Positions 1 through 16,240 of a stretch of DNA of 57,082 nucleotides are shown piece after piece. Position 1 is the first letter of the stretch. Every line of letters starts with the position of its first letter. Below the pieces are notes generated by a model. That model did not search any database. It saw only the letters and a list, made by a program, of their open reading frames with translations, and was not told where the DNA came from. The DNA lies in NCBI RefSeq assembly GCF_000743755.1, contig NW_014569517.1, positions 1-57,082 of the forward strand. The letters run 5' to 3'. The position numbers and the translations under genes were made by a program. The DNA comes from Blastocystis sp. subtype 4. Its lineage: Eukaryota.

Positions 1-736
<736 letters not shown>

Positions 737-823
737 ACGAGAACCGGTGTTTATGAATACCAATATCGTTTGTTTGTTTTCAGAACGCTATTGATTTGAC
801 AACAAGAATACGAACAACCCAAA

Positions 824-2821
824 CTAAAAGGCAAGACGCTCGGTCTTTGAGCGATGCTGAACAATTGCCTTCTCATCTCCCTTCTTCTGAGCCTTCTGTA
901 GATCCAAAGCTGAATAACCAAATTCATTCTTTCTTGTCTTATCCACAGGATAAATCCACATCTGATAGAGATAAATGAAGAAGATGATATCATCACGGAA
1001 ACAAGCAATACGATGAAGAACAGGCATCTTAATAATGAACGAGAACATATCATCAATAAAGGTATTAAGTGTCTTGTAGATCATAGCATTCATCGGAATA
1101 TGAGCTACGCTCTTCAGTTTATAATTGATAAACAACTGAGGAGTCATTGAAATGAATCCTATCAATGATACCTTCATTGAACACTTACCGAACAGATACA
1201 CGAAATTGGTCAGAGAAGTAATAATCCAATCATACCATGATTTATGTGTCTCATAAATCAACGAATAAATAGCATAACCAGCTACTAATGGATAGAGAAT
1301 TACCATCAAATGACGCATAGCCGTATCATCATATTCTTTTGTTTTACTTGTACTATAAGTAGCTCGATCTCGAATCCGTAATACAGGTTTATTGTTCTTC
1401 CAATAGAAACGAATCTTGACTGCTTTTGTGATTTTCCACAACTATTCATTATTAAAATTCATAGTTCTCACTTCAATAAGAAGACCAACAGCATTTGAGA
1501 TAATGATCATAGTAGATGTTTCATTGTTGATTAGATACAATAACACGATCAGATTCACAAATACATTCATAAACACACTACGCACTGATAACCCTTCCAT
1601 ATTATTTCGATTGCGCCAGAATGAAATTTCATTCTTGAATGCTAATGCATCAAATACACTATGAAGAGTTGAGACAATCTATATCTTATTCATATCCTTC
1701 ATACGAACTCCAGTTAGAATCAGCAGGTAAATGTTGGTCTCTAAGAACATGGATTTGATATCATCAAAATCATCCTCTGTAGCTGCTCCCATCATCTTCT
1801 GCATCTCCAACACAGTATCCATCTGTTGGACCATCTGCCCTTTGAAGAAACCATAGGCTTTGAAAGAGAGGGCTAATGGTAATTCAGTAAGAGTATCGTT
1901 GATTGGCATCAAATGCTTCTTCATAAGAACGAACTCATTCACATCAGCATTCGGAGTGAAAGTGTGTGTTTCGTCATCAATGAAGTCTATCTAAGACAGA
2001 CGTCAACAGACCTACAATCTTTCATCTGAGGAGGAATTTGACCACCACGAATAGGCTTGGTATTTGGAATAACATACATGTGCAACATGGGGACCCAGTA
2101 GGAAATGATAGCTGGAGGTGTCTGAGACTTTTGTGTCATTAGCGAAGATGCATTTGAGAGCAGATTCACTTCCTCTACAGCTGTGATGTTGGGCTTATAA
2201 CGATTCAGTTCTACATCTCAAGGCTATATGTTGTTATACGATAAATAGTATGCGTCATTCCCATAGTAGAAGTACATTCACTTGGTTTCTTGGAAGCCAT
2301 TCCGAAGAAGATATGGGCGTACAGAGTACCATTGTTTAACAAATTCTCTGTCATAGGAAGAGTGACGTTCAGTTCATTATACTCCAAGTTGGTTCCATAG
2401 TGAAGCTTCTCTCTCTTGTAAATAAGCGAATCATCGTTCACTGAGCAGTCATTGTTTGTCTCCGAAAGATATACATAAAGAGACTACAATAAAAAAAAGT
2501 AAAAAGACAAACACAAAGATCACCATCCTTCAAAGTCGACACATAGGTTGCACCATTCTCTCCTTTCTTAATTGGCATCATTCCCTTCATCAGTCCAAAT
2601 ATGGAAGAAACAGGACCGGTAGGTTCAACAGCCGATTGGGTATCTTGAGTCTTCAAACTCTGATTATAATTCTCAATGATTGATGCCGGCGATTCTTGCG
2701 GCTTCGGATTAGTAAACCCACTCATGAGGTTTCTAATCAGGAAGAAGATCATCAGCATCGTCAAAAAGTTCATTCGAGGTTGTTCCTGTTCCTCTTGCTC
2801 GGGCTGTCTTTGTTCAGGCAT
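824..2821 (-). CDS. CLPTM1: CLPTM1-family membrane protein, multi-exon
   Basis: Motifs NNGTLYAHIF, FLETNIYLL, FKNEISFWR, MTPQLFINYKLKSVAH, YKTLNTFIDDMFSF, YQMWIYPVDKTRKNEFG; about 30-nt GT-AG introns. Confidence 0.92.
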
Positions 2822-2990
2822 TACGGGAGTTAGTTTTGAAGAATTGTCTTTCACAGACGAAAATCGGGACTATTTCGGTCGTTGAATCGATGTTTCAGAA
2901 ACAAATAATCAATTCTTGGAGAACAATAATACGGAATGATGAAACGTGAATAAGAACAAACAATTCCTGAAAAGTGGAAAAGAGCTATGA

Positions 2991-3474
2991 TCACAGTGAA
3001 AGGAAGAGTGTCTTGCGTTTCCTTAATCTTCGAACGATCCGTTTATTAAAGAAAGTAATCCTTCCTCCAAGGTACATCCCTCCCTACTTGATAAACTCAA
3101 CAGGGATACATATACTGGGATCATCAATATTGCTTTACCGTACAAATGGCCAAGATGTTGAGACTTTATGGGGATTGTTTTCCTGATGATCGGCAATTCC
3201 TGTGTGACACAATGAGGTGAGGCGATTCCTTCTTGACTAAACCGTGCACTATCGTATTTAAAAGGACTATCCACAGCAAATGGTCTACAGATCACTCTTA
3301 ATCACAATCTGCAAACAGAGAACCAGGAGTTGACTGCTGATCCAGCTCCACATTACTTCGTTTAAGTGTATCCACGTTATCCAACTGACTCTCACTTGGT
3401 AATGGAATTGATCCGCCTTCCAAGAAGGACATAATCTGCATGGAAGTGGTATTTAGAGATGTTCCCTGTTCCAT
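2991..3474 (-). CDS. Hypothetical protein (2 introns)
   Basis: ATG 3474 MEQGTSLNTT...; two 32-nt GT-AG introns give an open frame ending KTLFLSL*; TGTTTGTT on minus at 2955-2962. Confidence 0.55.
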
Positions 3475-3625
3475 GGATCACGTTGAAAAAGAAAATGGTT
3501 CCAACTTAGTTGCCGCCAAAATAGAATGAAACGCTTCTTTCGCATATGCGAAATAGAATAATAGTGATTATCCATTCTGTCACTCTGAAGGATGTATAAC
3601 TCTACATATTATCATTCAACACAAA

Positions 3626-6600
3626 ATGGAACGATTTACTTCTCAGTTAGGACCAAAGATGGATGTAAGTAATTTTTAGTCTACCCAGTCAGACTATATG
3701 GATAAAAACTCGGAAGAGCTTTATCGATCTGTAACTTGTGTTGTTAGATAGAGAATTAGGGAGTTTTTGATTCTAGCGCTTCACGCGATTGGCAGAAGAA
3801 GTCTCTCTTTCCTCATGTATTCTTTTTCACCTATATTGATGATTAGTTGATGAATGATGATGATGAGATTCGGGATGACTATGACAATCTACGAAGTAAT
3901 TTTGAAAGTCCTCTGATGAGTTTGGTTTCAATTGGAGAGTGATTGACAGATACTCGTTTGCGCAAAGTTTATGCATGGTTAAAACTATTTATTCGCTACA
4001 CTCGGCTATACTGGGAATCTGTAATTGAATGAGGAGTTGGTCAGGAATAGTTGATGCTGTTCTCTCTCGTATTTTTGGTTGTTATTGTTGGTATTCGAAC
4101 CTATATATACGATTGGTCCGAAAGACACAGTCTCATGATCACAGTGATCGAAGTTGTGTTCAATAGCATGATTGTCATCGATTTCTTTCGAAACCTTATC
4201 GATGCCCCAGAAAAGATGGAATTCATCTTCTCCATGTACAATTTGTCGTTTCATATTCCCTATAGATATGGCCTGTTCAACTTTGCTGCTGGTATTCCCG
4301 TGATTATTGTCACTGTACTTCCAAGGCGATTATTCTTAGTATATTTCTTCGTTGTTGAATATATCCTTTGTCTAAAGGTGTTTGATTTCCTTCACCGTAC
4401 TGCGAACGTTCTTCTTCTTCTTATATCTCCGTCGTATGAAACTATGGAGGAAGGCTGTAGTGGAGTATCGTGAACGAGAGCTAGTAATTACAGTATGTGA
4501 ATTAGCGCTCTTTGCCTTCTCATTTGGATGTTGGATTTATTGATATCCTTCATATAAAGGTTTATATACAAACACAGAACGTTCTGTAGTGGAGTATAGT
4601 GTTGTAGACGCATTGTACTATGCCTTGGTGACTCTGACTACTGTTGGTTATGGAGACATCACTCCTCAGACTCGAGCAGGACGTTTTGCAACAACCTATT
4701 ACATCGTATCTGTACTGTTTTGGCTTCCATCAAAAGTTCGAGTTGATAGATGTGACTATGTCTAGTTGATGCGACTACTGTCTTCTCCTCCTACACCTCG
4801 AGATCGATTTACGAAGGATACAATGAAGAAACCATCCCATGTGGAACATGTGGTGATTGTTGGATATTATCAGGAATTTTTACCCATGCTGATCAGTGAG
4901 ATGAAAGAGGAATCATCTGATTATCTCCAAGACACCATTTGTATGAGAAATATTCTGATGATGAGAGATAGTCGTAATTCTAACTCAAGAGAAAGTGAAA
5001 GTTCCTGAGATGACAGCAATGTGTGGTCGATTTGCTTCCCATGTTCAGATCATTGAAGGTTCACCTGTTGACATCATATCCATGTGTCTTCAAATTAGAC
5101 TATCCTTCATTATCACTCTTCTTGTCTTCGTGCTAAACTCTTTGATGCTTATTCTGTGTATGTGATTCCTTATCCAACTTGGAGGTAATTATTCTGCTAG
5201 TTCTTTCATTCTCTAGTTCCAATCAACAACAAGCCTGGATGCGATTGATTGTCAATGCATTAGAAACAAATTTCTTCTTCTATCGATCTGATTTACGTCG
5301 GACATTTCATTCTCTTAGTCAGTTCTAGAAGTTCAAAATAACCGTTTCACGAAGCTTCTCTCTCTTCAGACTCCAGCACCAGACCCATCATTAAAACCAT
5401 CTTTAGAAGCTCAGATCAATGAGTATGAAAGTGGAAGTGAAGATGGAACAGAAAGTCTTCATTCAGATCACCAATCGATGATGAATATGAACTTTCCTTC
5501 AATTAGTGAAGCTTTCCGAACTGGTGATGGCTTATCGTTTGGAAGTTTCCCACAGTACACTAATTCTGATCTATCATGGTCTGTTCAAGATCCTCGAAGA
5601 AAGATTAATTCAATGGGAGATATGTTGGTGACTACAAGAGCTTCTCCAACAGAATTGCATAATGATACTCACTCCATGGAACGACTACGACAAATGTTGA
5701 TAACAAGACCTATATGTCGTATATATTACGAATCAAATCGTCAATATGGCTACTATCGCAAATACAGACATCTTTATCACGATCGAGTTTATCTTCTGTT
5801 TCATAATTAATTCGTAGTATATTTCTGAATTTCTGTCAATTTCACCAGAGAATTTGATGAATCGGATAATTAGTTTTGAATTGACCTGCAAGGGAAGCTG
5901 GACAATCTTTTATAATTTGTTCATTAATAATGAACACTCATTTTTGCCAACACTCTCACCAATCACGACAACGCGAAGTGACTTTAGGTATGTTTGATTA
6001 GATGTATAGTGATTAGTGATTACTTTGATAATTATAACCTATCATTATTTCATAAAAACAAGGTTATTCGAGCTCCTGAATACTTCTATGGTAAGCCTTA
6101 TCACTTGTATGTATTGTATCGTTCCTATTCTGTAGTCTGGTATTCGTCTTATTCAAGTATTGTCATACTCTGACCATTGGTCTTGTGGTACTAATTTACA
6201 AAAGAAATAGACTCTAGAAATCATCTTATTCACGTCAACTCAGTAAGGTTCTCTTGAATACATGCAAACGGGAATTAACAAGTTTGGATTTTATTATGGT
6301 TGTGACACAGCAGAAGTAGGATTTGGAGTAATTCTTCATACTAGATCCAAAGATATCAATCAAACCATTCAAACCAATTTGACTTCAATCGATGCAGATT
6401 ATCGGGAATATGGATCAATGGATAAGCATTGTAAGGATTTCCATTTCAATTCACAAAATAGTCCGTTTTCCTGGATTCGAGTTATCCTCCAGTTTTTGTA
6501 CACAGCAAGGTTCATTATTCGCATTGCATCGTGATATGGATGGTGAGGTATTGCGAGTGGCCAAAGATTGCATTCCAACCTCAGGTACATCAACATCGCT

Positions 6601-8067
6601 CTCTCATCGTGGTACTACAAGTCGTGCACGTCTACCTCCCAGTGAGCCTGATACTGGTATCGAGTTGACTGACATCAGGGCAGTTCCCAAACAGTTGTCA
6701 TTAGAAGGATCTTTGGTGACCAGTGCCATTCCAGATACAGAAGCTCCAATTCCTTCATCAGATTCCATACGATCCTTACCAGGACTGGATAGTGAATCTG
6801 TTTCTGTAGAGAAGAAATCGCGTGAAAAACGAAATATGGTGAATGCAGTTTTGATGGATTACGTGTTTTGCGTGAGAATATTTGGTGGTTTTGAGTAATA
6901 GGGCGATATGGATCATATTTATACACAAATCCTAACAATTTTGGATTTCCAGAAATTGTATCGAAAATCAAATCAATTGCTTTGTATTATCATCTTCTGT
7001 GAATCTCCCAACAAAGGTAGGAGTTGTGTTATTGTTACATGAAGATCTTCTGCAAGCGTTGCTTACTCAACCAATTCTTCTTTACGTATTTGATCAGTCT
7101 CCATATTACAAGCATTCCTATACAAGTCCTGACATCAATCATGTTCATGCTTATGTCAATGAACAGATTAGTAATCTGTGGGATGTAAACCCTTCTTGGA
7201 TGATGGATCACAAGCCAAGAGTGGTTCGATTGCTTCAAGCAGAGAGATTGGTGATTTCAGAGTACCGAAGTCCAGATCAGCTAGAAGTAGGGTATATTTC
7301 GTATTCATTGAATATAGTGTATTTTCAGTACTAATGATAGAGAGAATACTTCAATATCCATAATAGCAACAACGATTCTAGAATTATATCAAGGTAATTC
7401 ATGTTGTAGAATGATGATACTAGATTATGAAGTAGAACTAAGTGGTGTATTTGAAGGAATCAAACAGGTAACTAATGATCTCTCTTCTTCATTTAGATTG
7501 ATTATCTTTCTCATGTATTGCTTCTGTTTCCTCATTTTGAAAATTCTGGATCAGTATTTTCACCTCTTTCATCGTATGTAGCTGAAAATGGACTCGTTGC
7601 AAGCAATCAACTTTCTGGTGTTTCAGATGCTCTTTGTACATCGTAAGAGTGAATTAGAGGTACTTATGAAAGCATTGATCTCAATACATCCTCTCTGTTC
7701 CTTCCATTAACACATTTCAAACCACATCTCTTTGACATTTTGATGTCGATCTTTCTTCCAAAGGAGTACTGTAGTAAATGGGGTTCCCTTGTCATCTAGA
7801 TTATTATCCAGTATTGTCCTATGCCTATCCTGATACTATCCCTCTACCATATGGTGAGGTGTTTTTGCGCTTATTGACATCCTACGGAATTGTCTGTCTT
7901 GGAGTCATATCAAAAGCAAGTGGGTTACCAATTAGGTGAATCATTGGGATATCTGGATGATCTATAGTTTGGCTTTCCCTAAGAATGATCTAATTGTGTC
8001 GTATGGTGATAATTTGCTGTGCTTACGGGCAAATATGAACTTATGTTCAGATGGGCTATTCGTTTGA
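3626..8067 (+). CDS. Slo/BK-type (RCK-containing) potassium channel, many introns; start may be 3697
   Basis: Pore DALYYALVTLTTVGYGDITP (TVGYGD at 4640-4657), upstream TM segments, HVVIVG and IIEGSP RCK-like motifs, C-terminal YPTYGEVFL..L..YGIVCLG and FPKNDLIV..GD. Confidence 0.88.
4361..4400 (+). other. U12-type AT-AC intron (40 nt) in the K+ channel gene
   Basis: ATATCCTTTG...TTCCTTCAC-CGTAC; removal gives VVE-LRTFFFFLYLRRMK (S4-like). Confidence 0.85.
5076..5116 (+). other. U12-type AT-AC intron (41 nt) in the K+ channel gene
   Basis: ATATCCAT...TCCTTCAT-TATCAC; removal gives IIEGSPVDI-SSCLRAKLFDAYSVYVI, fitting the RCK pattern. Confidence 0.82.
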
Positions 8068-8101
8068 TTTGATGTTTCAAACAGCAATTAACCATTGTAC
8101 A

Positions 8102-9576
8102 TTAACACTTTCGAATCACTTGTTTATTCGTAAAATTCCGCTTCAATTCTTGTAAAAACTCATGATAACGTTCACGCATTATCACACGACCATCTGGTCC
8201 TCGGTTGTAATACAATTGTCCAATGAACTCACCCCAGTATTTGGAACTAATCATTAAATCAATCTCAGACATACTGTCTGTGAGGGATATCCACAGCAAA
8301 TCCTTTAGTCAGGATCTGGAAATCATATCCGACGAATCGAAGATGTTCAAGCCACTGAACCTTGTTATAGCCATAATTAATGAATCGTTCATCAAAGCGA
8401 GGCAATGAATCCGTCTTCTTTACCATCACATATCTAGAAGTCATAATATGGAGATTATTCTACGGTTCCTGTGTTGATCCTTTAAAACAACGCACTCTTG
8501 TGAGAAGTGGCTGATAATTATCATCATACCATCTATCGAAGAAATAATCGTACTATGAAAGTAACCCTCTTTACTCCATTCAAAGGATATATGCAAATGT
8601 TCTTTTGGTCGGAAGGTGGAACAACGCTTCTTCGCAATACATTCCTTCAACTGAGAACGGTTGTTTGGAATCTTCCTTGAAGCCCTGCATTTATATTCCT
8701 CTCCAAATATTACCTCAAAGCACTACTTTTCCAGGAACCAGATTCCACACCCTTCAATTCGAATGCAGGAACAATAACAGCCAAATCATCACGAGCGAGT
8801 TCATTTGATGGTAATTCCATTAATGCTTCTCGAAGACCCACTAGACATCAACCATTCTTTGAGAGGTAACATGATGGCCACATATCCATATCAGCTAACC
8901 AAAAGTGGCTTGTTTTAACAGCTTCGATAGCCAAATTTCGCAGCATATTGATGGGATAGTTCTTATTATCCTCAGCAATAAACTCAGTAAGATGAAGACG
9001 ATCCGGATAGGCAGTGCTTCGCATAGCCTGACGATAGTCTTTTTCGTTCGTTCTTGTAATGAACATAGCGATAGAGAACTCTCTACACATGACGGACATC
9101 ATTGATCACAACCCAGTCCATCGTTCTAGCATGAAAGGGAAGAATTCAACTCTTTCAATCCTATACAGTGACAATTGCAGAGATACTACTTACGTAGATT
9201 GCGTGGTTAGAGTGACATCATATCCAGAGCTTGGACTTGGACTTACCGTTGACTGAAACTCCGAAGACAATGGTCTTAAGGAAGACATTTCTCTAGTGAC
9301 AGTCTAATGTCTTAGAAGAACGATAATCGTATTACATTGAATTCTTGTCTTGATTCGGATGAGTGGCTATTGTTTTCTACTAACACGACGTATTTCTACA
9401 ATTCACTCAACAAAACATGAAATTACCACATGAGGAAAGGGAAAAGAGGGTCCAGAACGCAGTATATCAAAAGAGTTCGAGGAGATCCAACTACGAGTAA
9501 GACCTTTCGAATAGTTTCACAAAAATACAAAGAATGAAACGATGACAATGAGAGATGTCGATGACATAACACTCAT
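8102..9576 (-). CDS. GT49-family (LARGE/B4GAT1-like) glycosyltransferase; start approximate
   Basis: YPINMLRNLAIEAVKTSHFWLADMDMWP (DxD), EPY..VK...LPRFDERFINYGYNKVQWLEHLR, FAVDIPH. Confidence 0.88.
8550..8590 (-). other. U12-type AT-AC intron (41 nt) in the GT49 gene
   Basis: Minus strand ATATCCTTTG...ACTTTCAT-AGTAC; removal joins FRPKEHLH to DYFFDRWY...CFKGSTQEP. Confidence 0.85.
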
Positions 9577-9631
9577 GACTCCGAAAAAAGAATGATCATT
9601 CTAACAAACACTTAAGCACATATAAAAAAAC

Positions 9632-10529
9632 TTAGTGGTGAGCAAAAAGACTGGTCAAAGCAGCTGCACCAACAAGAGCGACACTACAACTCATCTCTCT
9701 CAAAACTTTCCTACCCAATTCCGATTCCAGCATCTGTCAAATCATGATTCCGTCTTTGCCTTTTTATTTCTTCATCTGACATATATTTCTTATTAGTTTG
9801 ACTAGCAGTAGGTGGACGTTGATAATAGGGATTGCGAAGTACCTGACCACAGGGACAACGGAACAATTCAGCACCTGGAGGAGGATACAGCATCATATGA
9901 CAAGTGGTACATGCAACTCGAGGCTACAAGTGACACGAAAAGAGAATTCTAACTTGAATGTGTTGCTGAGTTGGATACGATGGCTGTTGAGGCATATATC
10001 CAGGAGGAACATATTGGGATTGCGGTACCATATACTGTTGCTGAGGCATATATTGTGGTTGAGGAGGTACATATTGTGGTTGTTGTTGAACGTACTGTGG
10101 TTGAGGCATATATTCAGGTTGTTGAGTAGGATACTGTTGAGGTGTATAATAAGGGGTTGTGGTTTGCGAATATGAACAATATGAAACACTTGAAACCTCT
10201 GAAGGCTGCTGCATCTGAGCAGGATACGTATTTCCAGACACTGTTACAGGTGTAGGATTTCCATTGTTAGACACAGACTGGTATCCTGTAACGCTCATAG
10301 ATTGCTGTAGTTGCGATTCCGTAGGAAAAGACGGAGGATTCGAACTACTTTCAGTTACAGCATTTCCATTCGAAGAAGTTACCGTTACAGGTATCGTTGT
10401 AACAGCAGGAGGATTTACAGGTGCCTCCATATGAGGAACAGTTGATATACTTGTAGAATCACTGGATTGAATTGATTGCATTGGTGCAGAATACACGCTA
10501 CTAGGAGTTGAAACTACTGTAGGATTCAT
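9632..10529 (-). CDS. Ser/Pro/Gln/Tyr-rich protein with LSD1-like zinc finger and hydrophobic C-terminus
   Basis: MNPTVVST..., PQQQY-like repeats, spliced CTTCHMMLYPPPGAELFRCPC, ends VALVGAAALTSLFAHH*; TGTTTGTT on minus at 9603-9610. Confidence 0.75.
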
Positions 10530-10901
10530 AGAATAATGATCAAAGTATGAAGAAAGTGTGAAACGAATCTTTCGAATTGTTTGTAGAGAATGAGATTCGG
10601 CTCCAAACTGTGTTTCATAGGATAAATGGTAACACAAATGGTAACGCCACAACAGAAGGAAAAACGAAAACCTTGTTACATCGGTTTCGATCAAATCATT
10701 TCGTATATTTAATAGACTGAATGATCCTATTTTGCCAACAAATGAGAGTTTTTCAACATGAACAGCAATGATCAAAGGTGGAAACGAGGAAGGAAGCAAT
10801 GGTCAGCGTCGTCGAAACGTCGAATCTGAATAAACCACGGGAATCCTGTCCTGGTGATAACAGACAGTATCTATTTAGCTAACCAGTCTTTTGTTGATAT
10901 C

Positions 10902-13034
<2,133 letters not shown>

Positions 13035-13329
13035 TAATGGATTTGTAGCTTCTATTTATGGAAGATGTTTGAATGAATCTTAGCATGTTTGTTGGAATTG
13101 TGTGACACGATTGTGTTCCAACACGCAAGTATAGTGAATCAATGTCTCGTCTGTGTCCGCCACTTTCTTGGATATACCGCGGTTGTTCTCACTAATCCAG
13201 TTGATCCCTATCTACCCAATTCTGATCTATTATTTAATAATTGCTTTTTCAGAATCAACTACTTGGCGAGCTCTACATTAGCTCTTGTAATTAGTACGCA
13301 AACAACCTGGTTAATCAGTACGGTCAACA

Positions 13330-15017
13330 ATGGATGCTTTGTTTTCTCAAATGAAACGCCAGGTGATGAATTGTGCAATGAGCTAATTTGTAGAAGCTTA
13401 TCTTAAAGAAGAGATGTAGTAGTTGTGGTTGCTTTCTAGGCAAGAAATCAGGTGTCCACTCCTGCAAAGTTTGCAGTAGGATAACGTAGAAAGAGAGTAA
13501 GAGTATAGAGAGGGAAATCTGTGACCGTTGCAAGCAAGGTAAAATGATTCTTCCAGGTTATACTAGTCCGAAGACTGTTTGTGTTCAGTGTTGGAGAAGG
13601 TTGGTTATCCCAACGAATACAGATTGGGCAACTTGTTGCGACTTCTTCGGTACACCTGAGTGTGATGAGATTGTAAATAACTTTGTTTCGTTGTCTACGA
13701 TGGCAACTGAGTTTCTAGCGCATGGTGGTTACTACTACTCGTGGGAGGTGATTCGTCAACACGTTGTGAATGGTTACTTTGTCTATCAGAAAGTAAGTGA
13801 ATGGAAAAGATATAATTCAAAGATCAACCGTGATGAAGTAGTGGAGGATAAACAATGTGTATGTGATATGTGTTGGTATTTGTGGATTCGTTGTGTTGGA
13901 AAACGATGTCCATTCAAGAGTGGAACCATTTTCTTGGAAGATGTTAACTACAAGGTGTTCAATGCGATTAGTCGACTTGGCTATTCTCGTGTACTCGTAC
14001 GCAGTGTATTTTCACTTCTTCTTGTTGATGTTTAGGAACATGTCGTTGGTCAACGAGTTCCTTATTCAATGCGAATTGGTAGTTCCCATCTATCAGAATT
14101 TGTATTTTTGAAATTCCAGAGATCATTCATAGATTGAGTTTTGTGAAAACAAGGCTCAATGGCTGCTTCCAGAGGGTGAAACAGATATCGTCATGTCACG
14201 AGGTCGTGTAGGACGTGGCTATGAGCAAGTGGGATTGGACTTGGTTCCTGGTCGAGATGGTGTGGAGTTGGCTCTTCCTTTCAATCGCCATCATCTCCTT
14301 TTCGGTCGTGTTCCTCTCAAGCAACCAGATCAGGCCACATTCACATTTTTGAAGTTCGAGAATTATGGAACAGAGGCTCTGTCAGATATCGTGTTACATG
14401 GAATCCAGTATGGTTTGCATGTAGTCAAACGAGATCGTGAAGAGAAGATGCCTTCACGACGAGAGACTGCTGGTAAGAAGATCATGGGTCGTTTTCAAGA
14501 ACTGGTACAATTGATCTTTGAATTCCAATCATTAAAACCAATCATTAAACATGATACTATGGAACAAGTGATGGATCGAGCATATGTGAAGGGTGTGTCG
14601 TATATGTGAGAATGGAAGGAGGTTGTAATGAATAGTTATCAAGTGGTGAAGATGACGATGACCAAACTGAATTCATATCTAACTAATCCTAACTCGAGTA
14701 AGTAAGAAGAAGGAGAATAAAAGATAGACCCTGGTCCTTTATCAGCGATTCAGAACTTGTATGGTCAGGCGTATGACTTCCTAGATTTCATGATTCACGA
14801 TCCAACGATGGATCACTTGGATGTGAGATTCGGACGTGAAGTTATTTTTGACATTCAAGAGTTACAATCGAGAGAAATGATTGTTGAACCACGGAGACGA
14901 ACTGTGGAGGAAGTGTTACCACAGGCGGCTAGACCTCGTGGTTTAAGTGATTCAATGATCCCTCGGGTCCAAGTGGAGAATGATACCGATGGTTTCAAGC
15001 GCTTTGAACGTCTTTAA
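13330..15017 (+). CDS. FYVE-like zinc-finger protein
   Basis: Spliced MDALFSQMKRQKLILKKRCSSC...HSCKVCKREICDRC...KTVCVQCW (8 Cys in FYVE spacing; basic RRHH motif degenerate); remainder unrecognised. Confidence 0.65.
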
Positions 15018-15062
15018 AGGGTTTTGTTACAAACACGTTGCGATATTAATTACAAACAGGGG

Positions 15063-15540
15063 ACTGGAGTCCATAGTCACTGGTTTTGGTATATGACTGA
15101 AAAGAGAAGACACATTTAGAGACAATTACAGGTTTTGCTACGACCGAGAAGCAACTGCAGCTAACTGGGATCCACTTGGAGTGAGGAATAATACAGAGAG
15201 GAGTGAGAATCGAGTAATGGTTTTTATGCTGAGTTGGAAAAGAAACCTTTTTAGGTGACACAGCTACGTGGGAGGATATAGACGCCTTAAGAAGCTGCTC
15301 TTTCATAATACGTTCCTTAACTAAATATGATCCTCATACAAATATCATACAATGTCTACTACGGATTCTACATGCATTACAAGTACTGAAAACAGAATCA
15401 GTTCGATTATCAACGAAGTGGTATTCTGCTTTCATTAATCCACAACAAGAACATTTGAAGCATATTCCGGTATTATACGGCTCGCTTCCCTTCGGACGGA
15501 TACAAATATTCATCCGAAACACACAAATAATGGCAGGCAT
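15063..15540 (-). CDS. Small Cys-rich hypothetical protein; predicted poly(A)-created stop at 15063 (genomic stop 15046)
   Basis: FKCSCCGLMK...TCNACR zinc-ribbon-like pairs; one about 30-nt intron joins two ORFs. Confidence 0.5.
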
Positions 15541-16240
15541 TAGTGAAATGGAGAAACAACATTTGGCCAATCACCTGCAAGTAGTTAATGACCAACCAAT
15601 CAGATCGTACGCTAATACTTAATTCATTCATAGTGCATTTTACTTGAATCCTAAGTCGAATGCCACGATATTAATTATGTCAATAGATATGAGGATTTAA
15701 ATCGAAATTGTCAAGTTCAAATTAGTAGCAATGGCCTACAAAAACCGTACTATAATTGGAGTTTAGAACGAAATACTGTATTCTATGGAATTACTGTATC
15801 AAAATGAAAAAGGGACTCTAGTATACTGCAGTAGTTGTATTTGCGATAAACCTGGAATACTAATTGTTTCTTGTGATCAGATTCCTCTATAAAGTAGTCT
15901 ATTTTATAGGTATATTGCAATAATGAAGACCTTGCTTGTAGACCAAAATGATCACACAAGACTGTTCTCTAACATAACTGGTTTGACAATTGATCTATTG
16001 AAATTCCTTTAACGTAAGAAAAAGTAGATAAAGACGCATGTGATGATGATGGATTCCTGCGATAATACCTATTTCCTTGCTTTGAAGATAAACCAAAGTC
16101 TTCATTTTATGATTTTATTTCTCTAGAATGCTTATTTCTAGTCTTATTTTATCTGGGATAGAAGTCATACTATTTCCATCTATTTGCGACATTCCTCAAT
16201 TCGACAATAATTGTCGCAATCTCGAAAAAACTTAGAATCA

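Noticed and set aside
7353..7360. Other ATATCC hits (e.g. 7354, 12128, 19831, 31260, 39855)
   Set aside because: They lie in uninterrupted coding frames with no matching branch box and AC.
15600..16240. Long intergenic gap with TGATGATGA (C-box-like) near 16041
   Set aside because: No suitably placed CTGA D box or convincing spliced ORF found.
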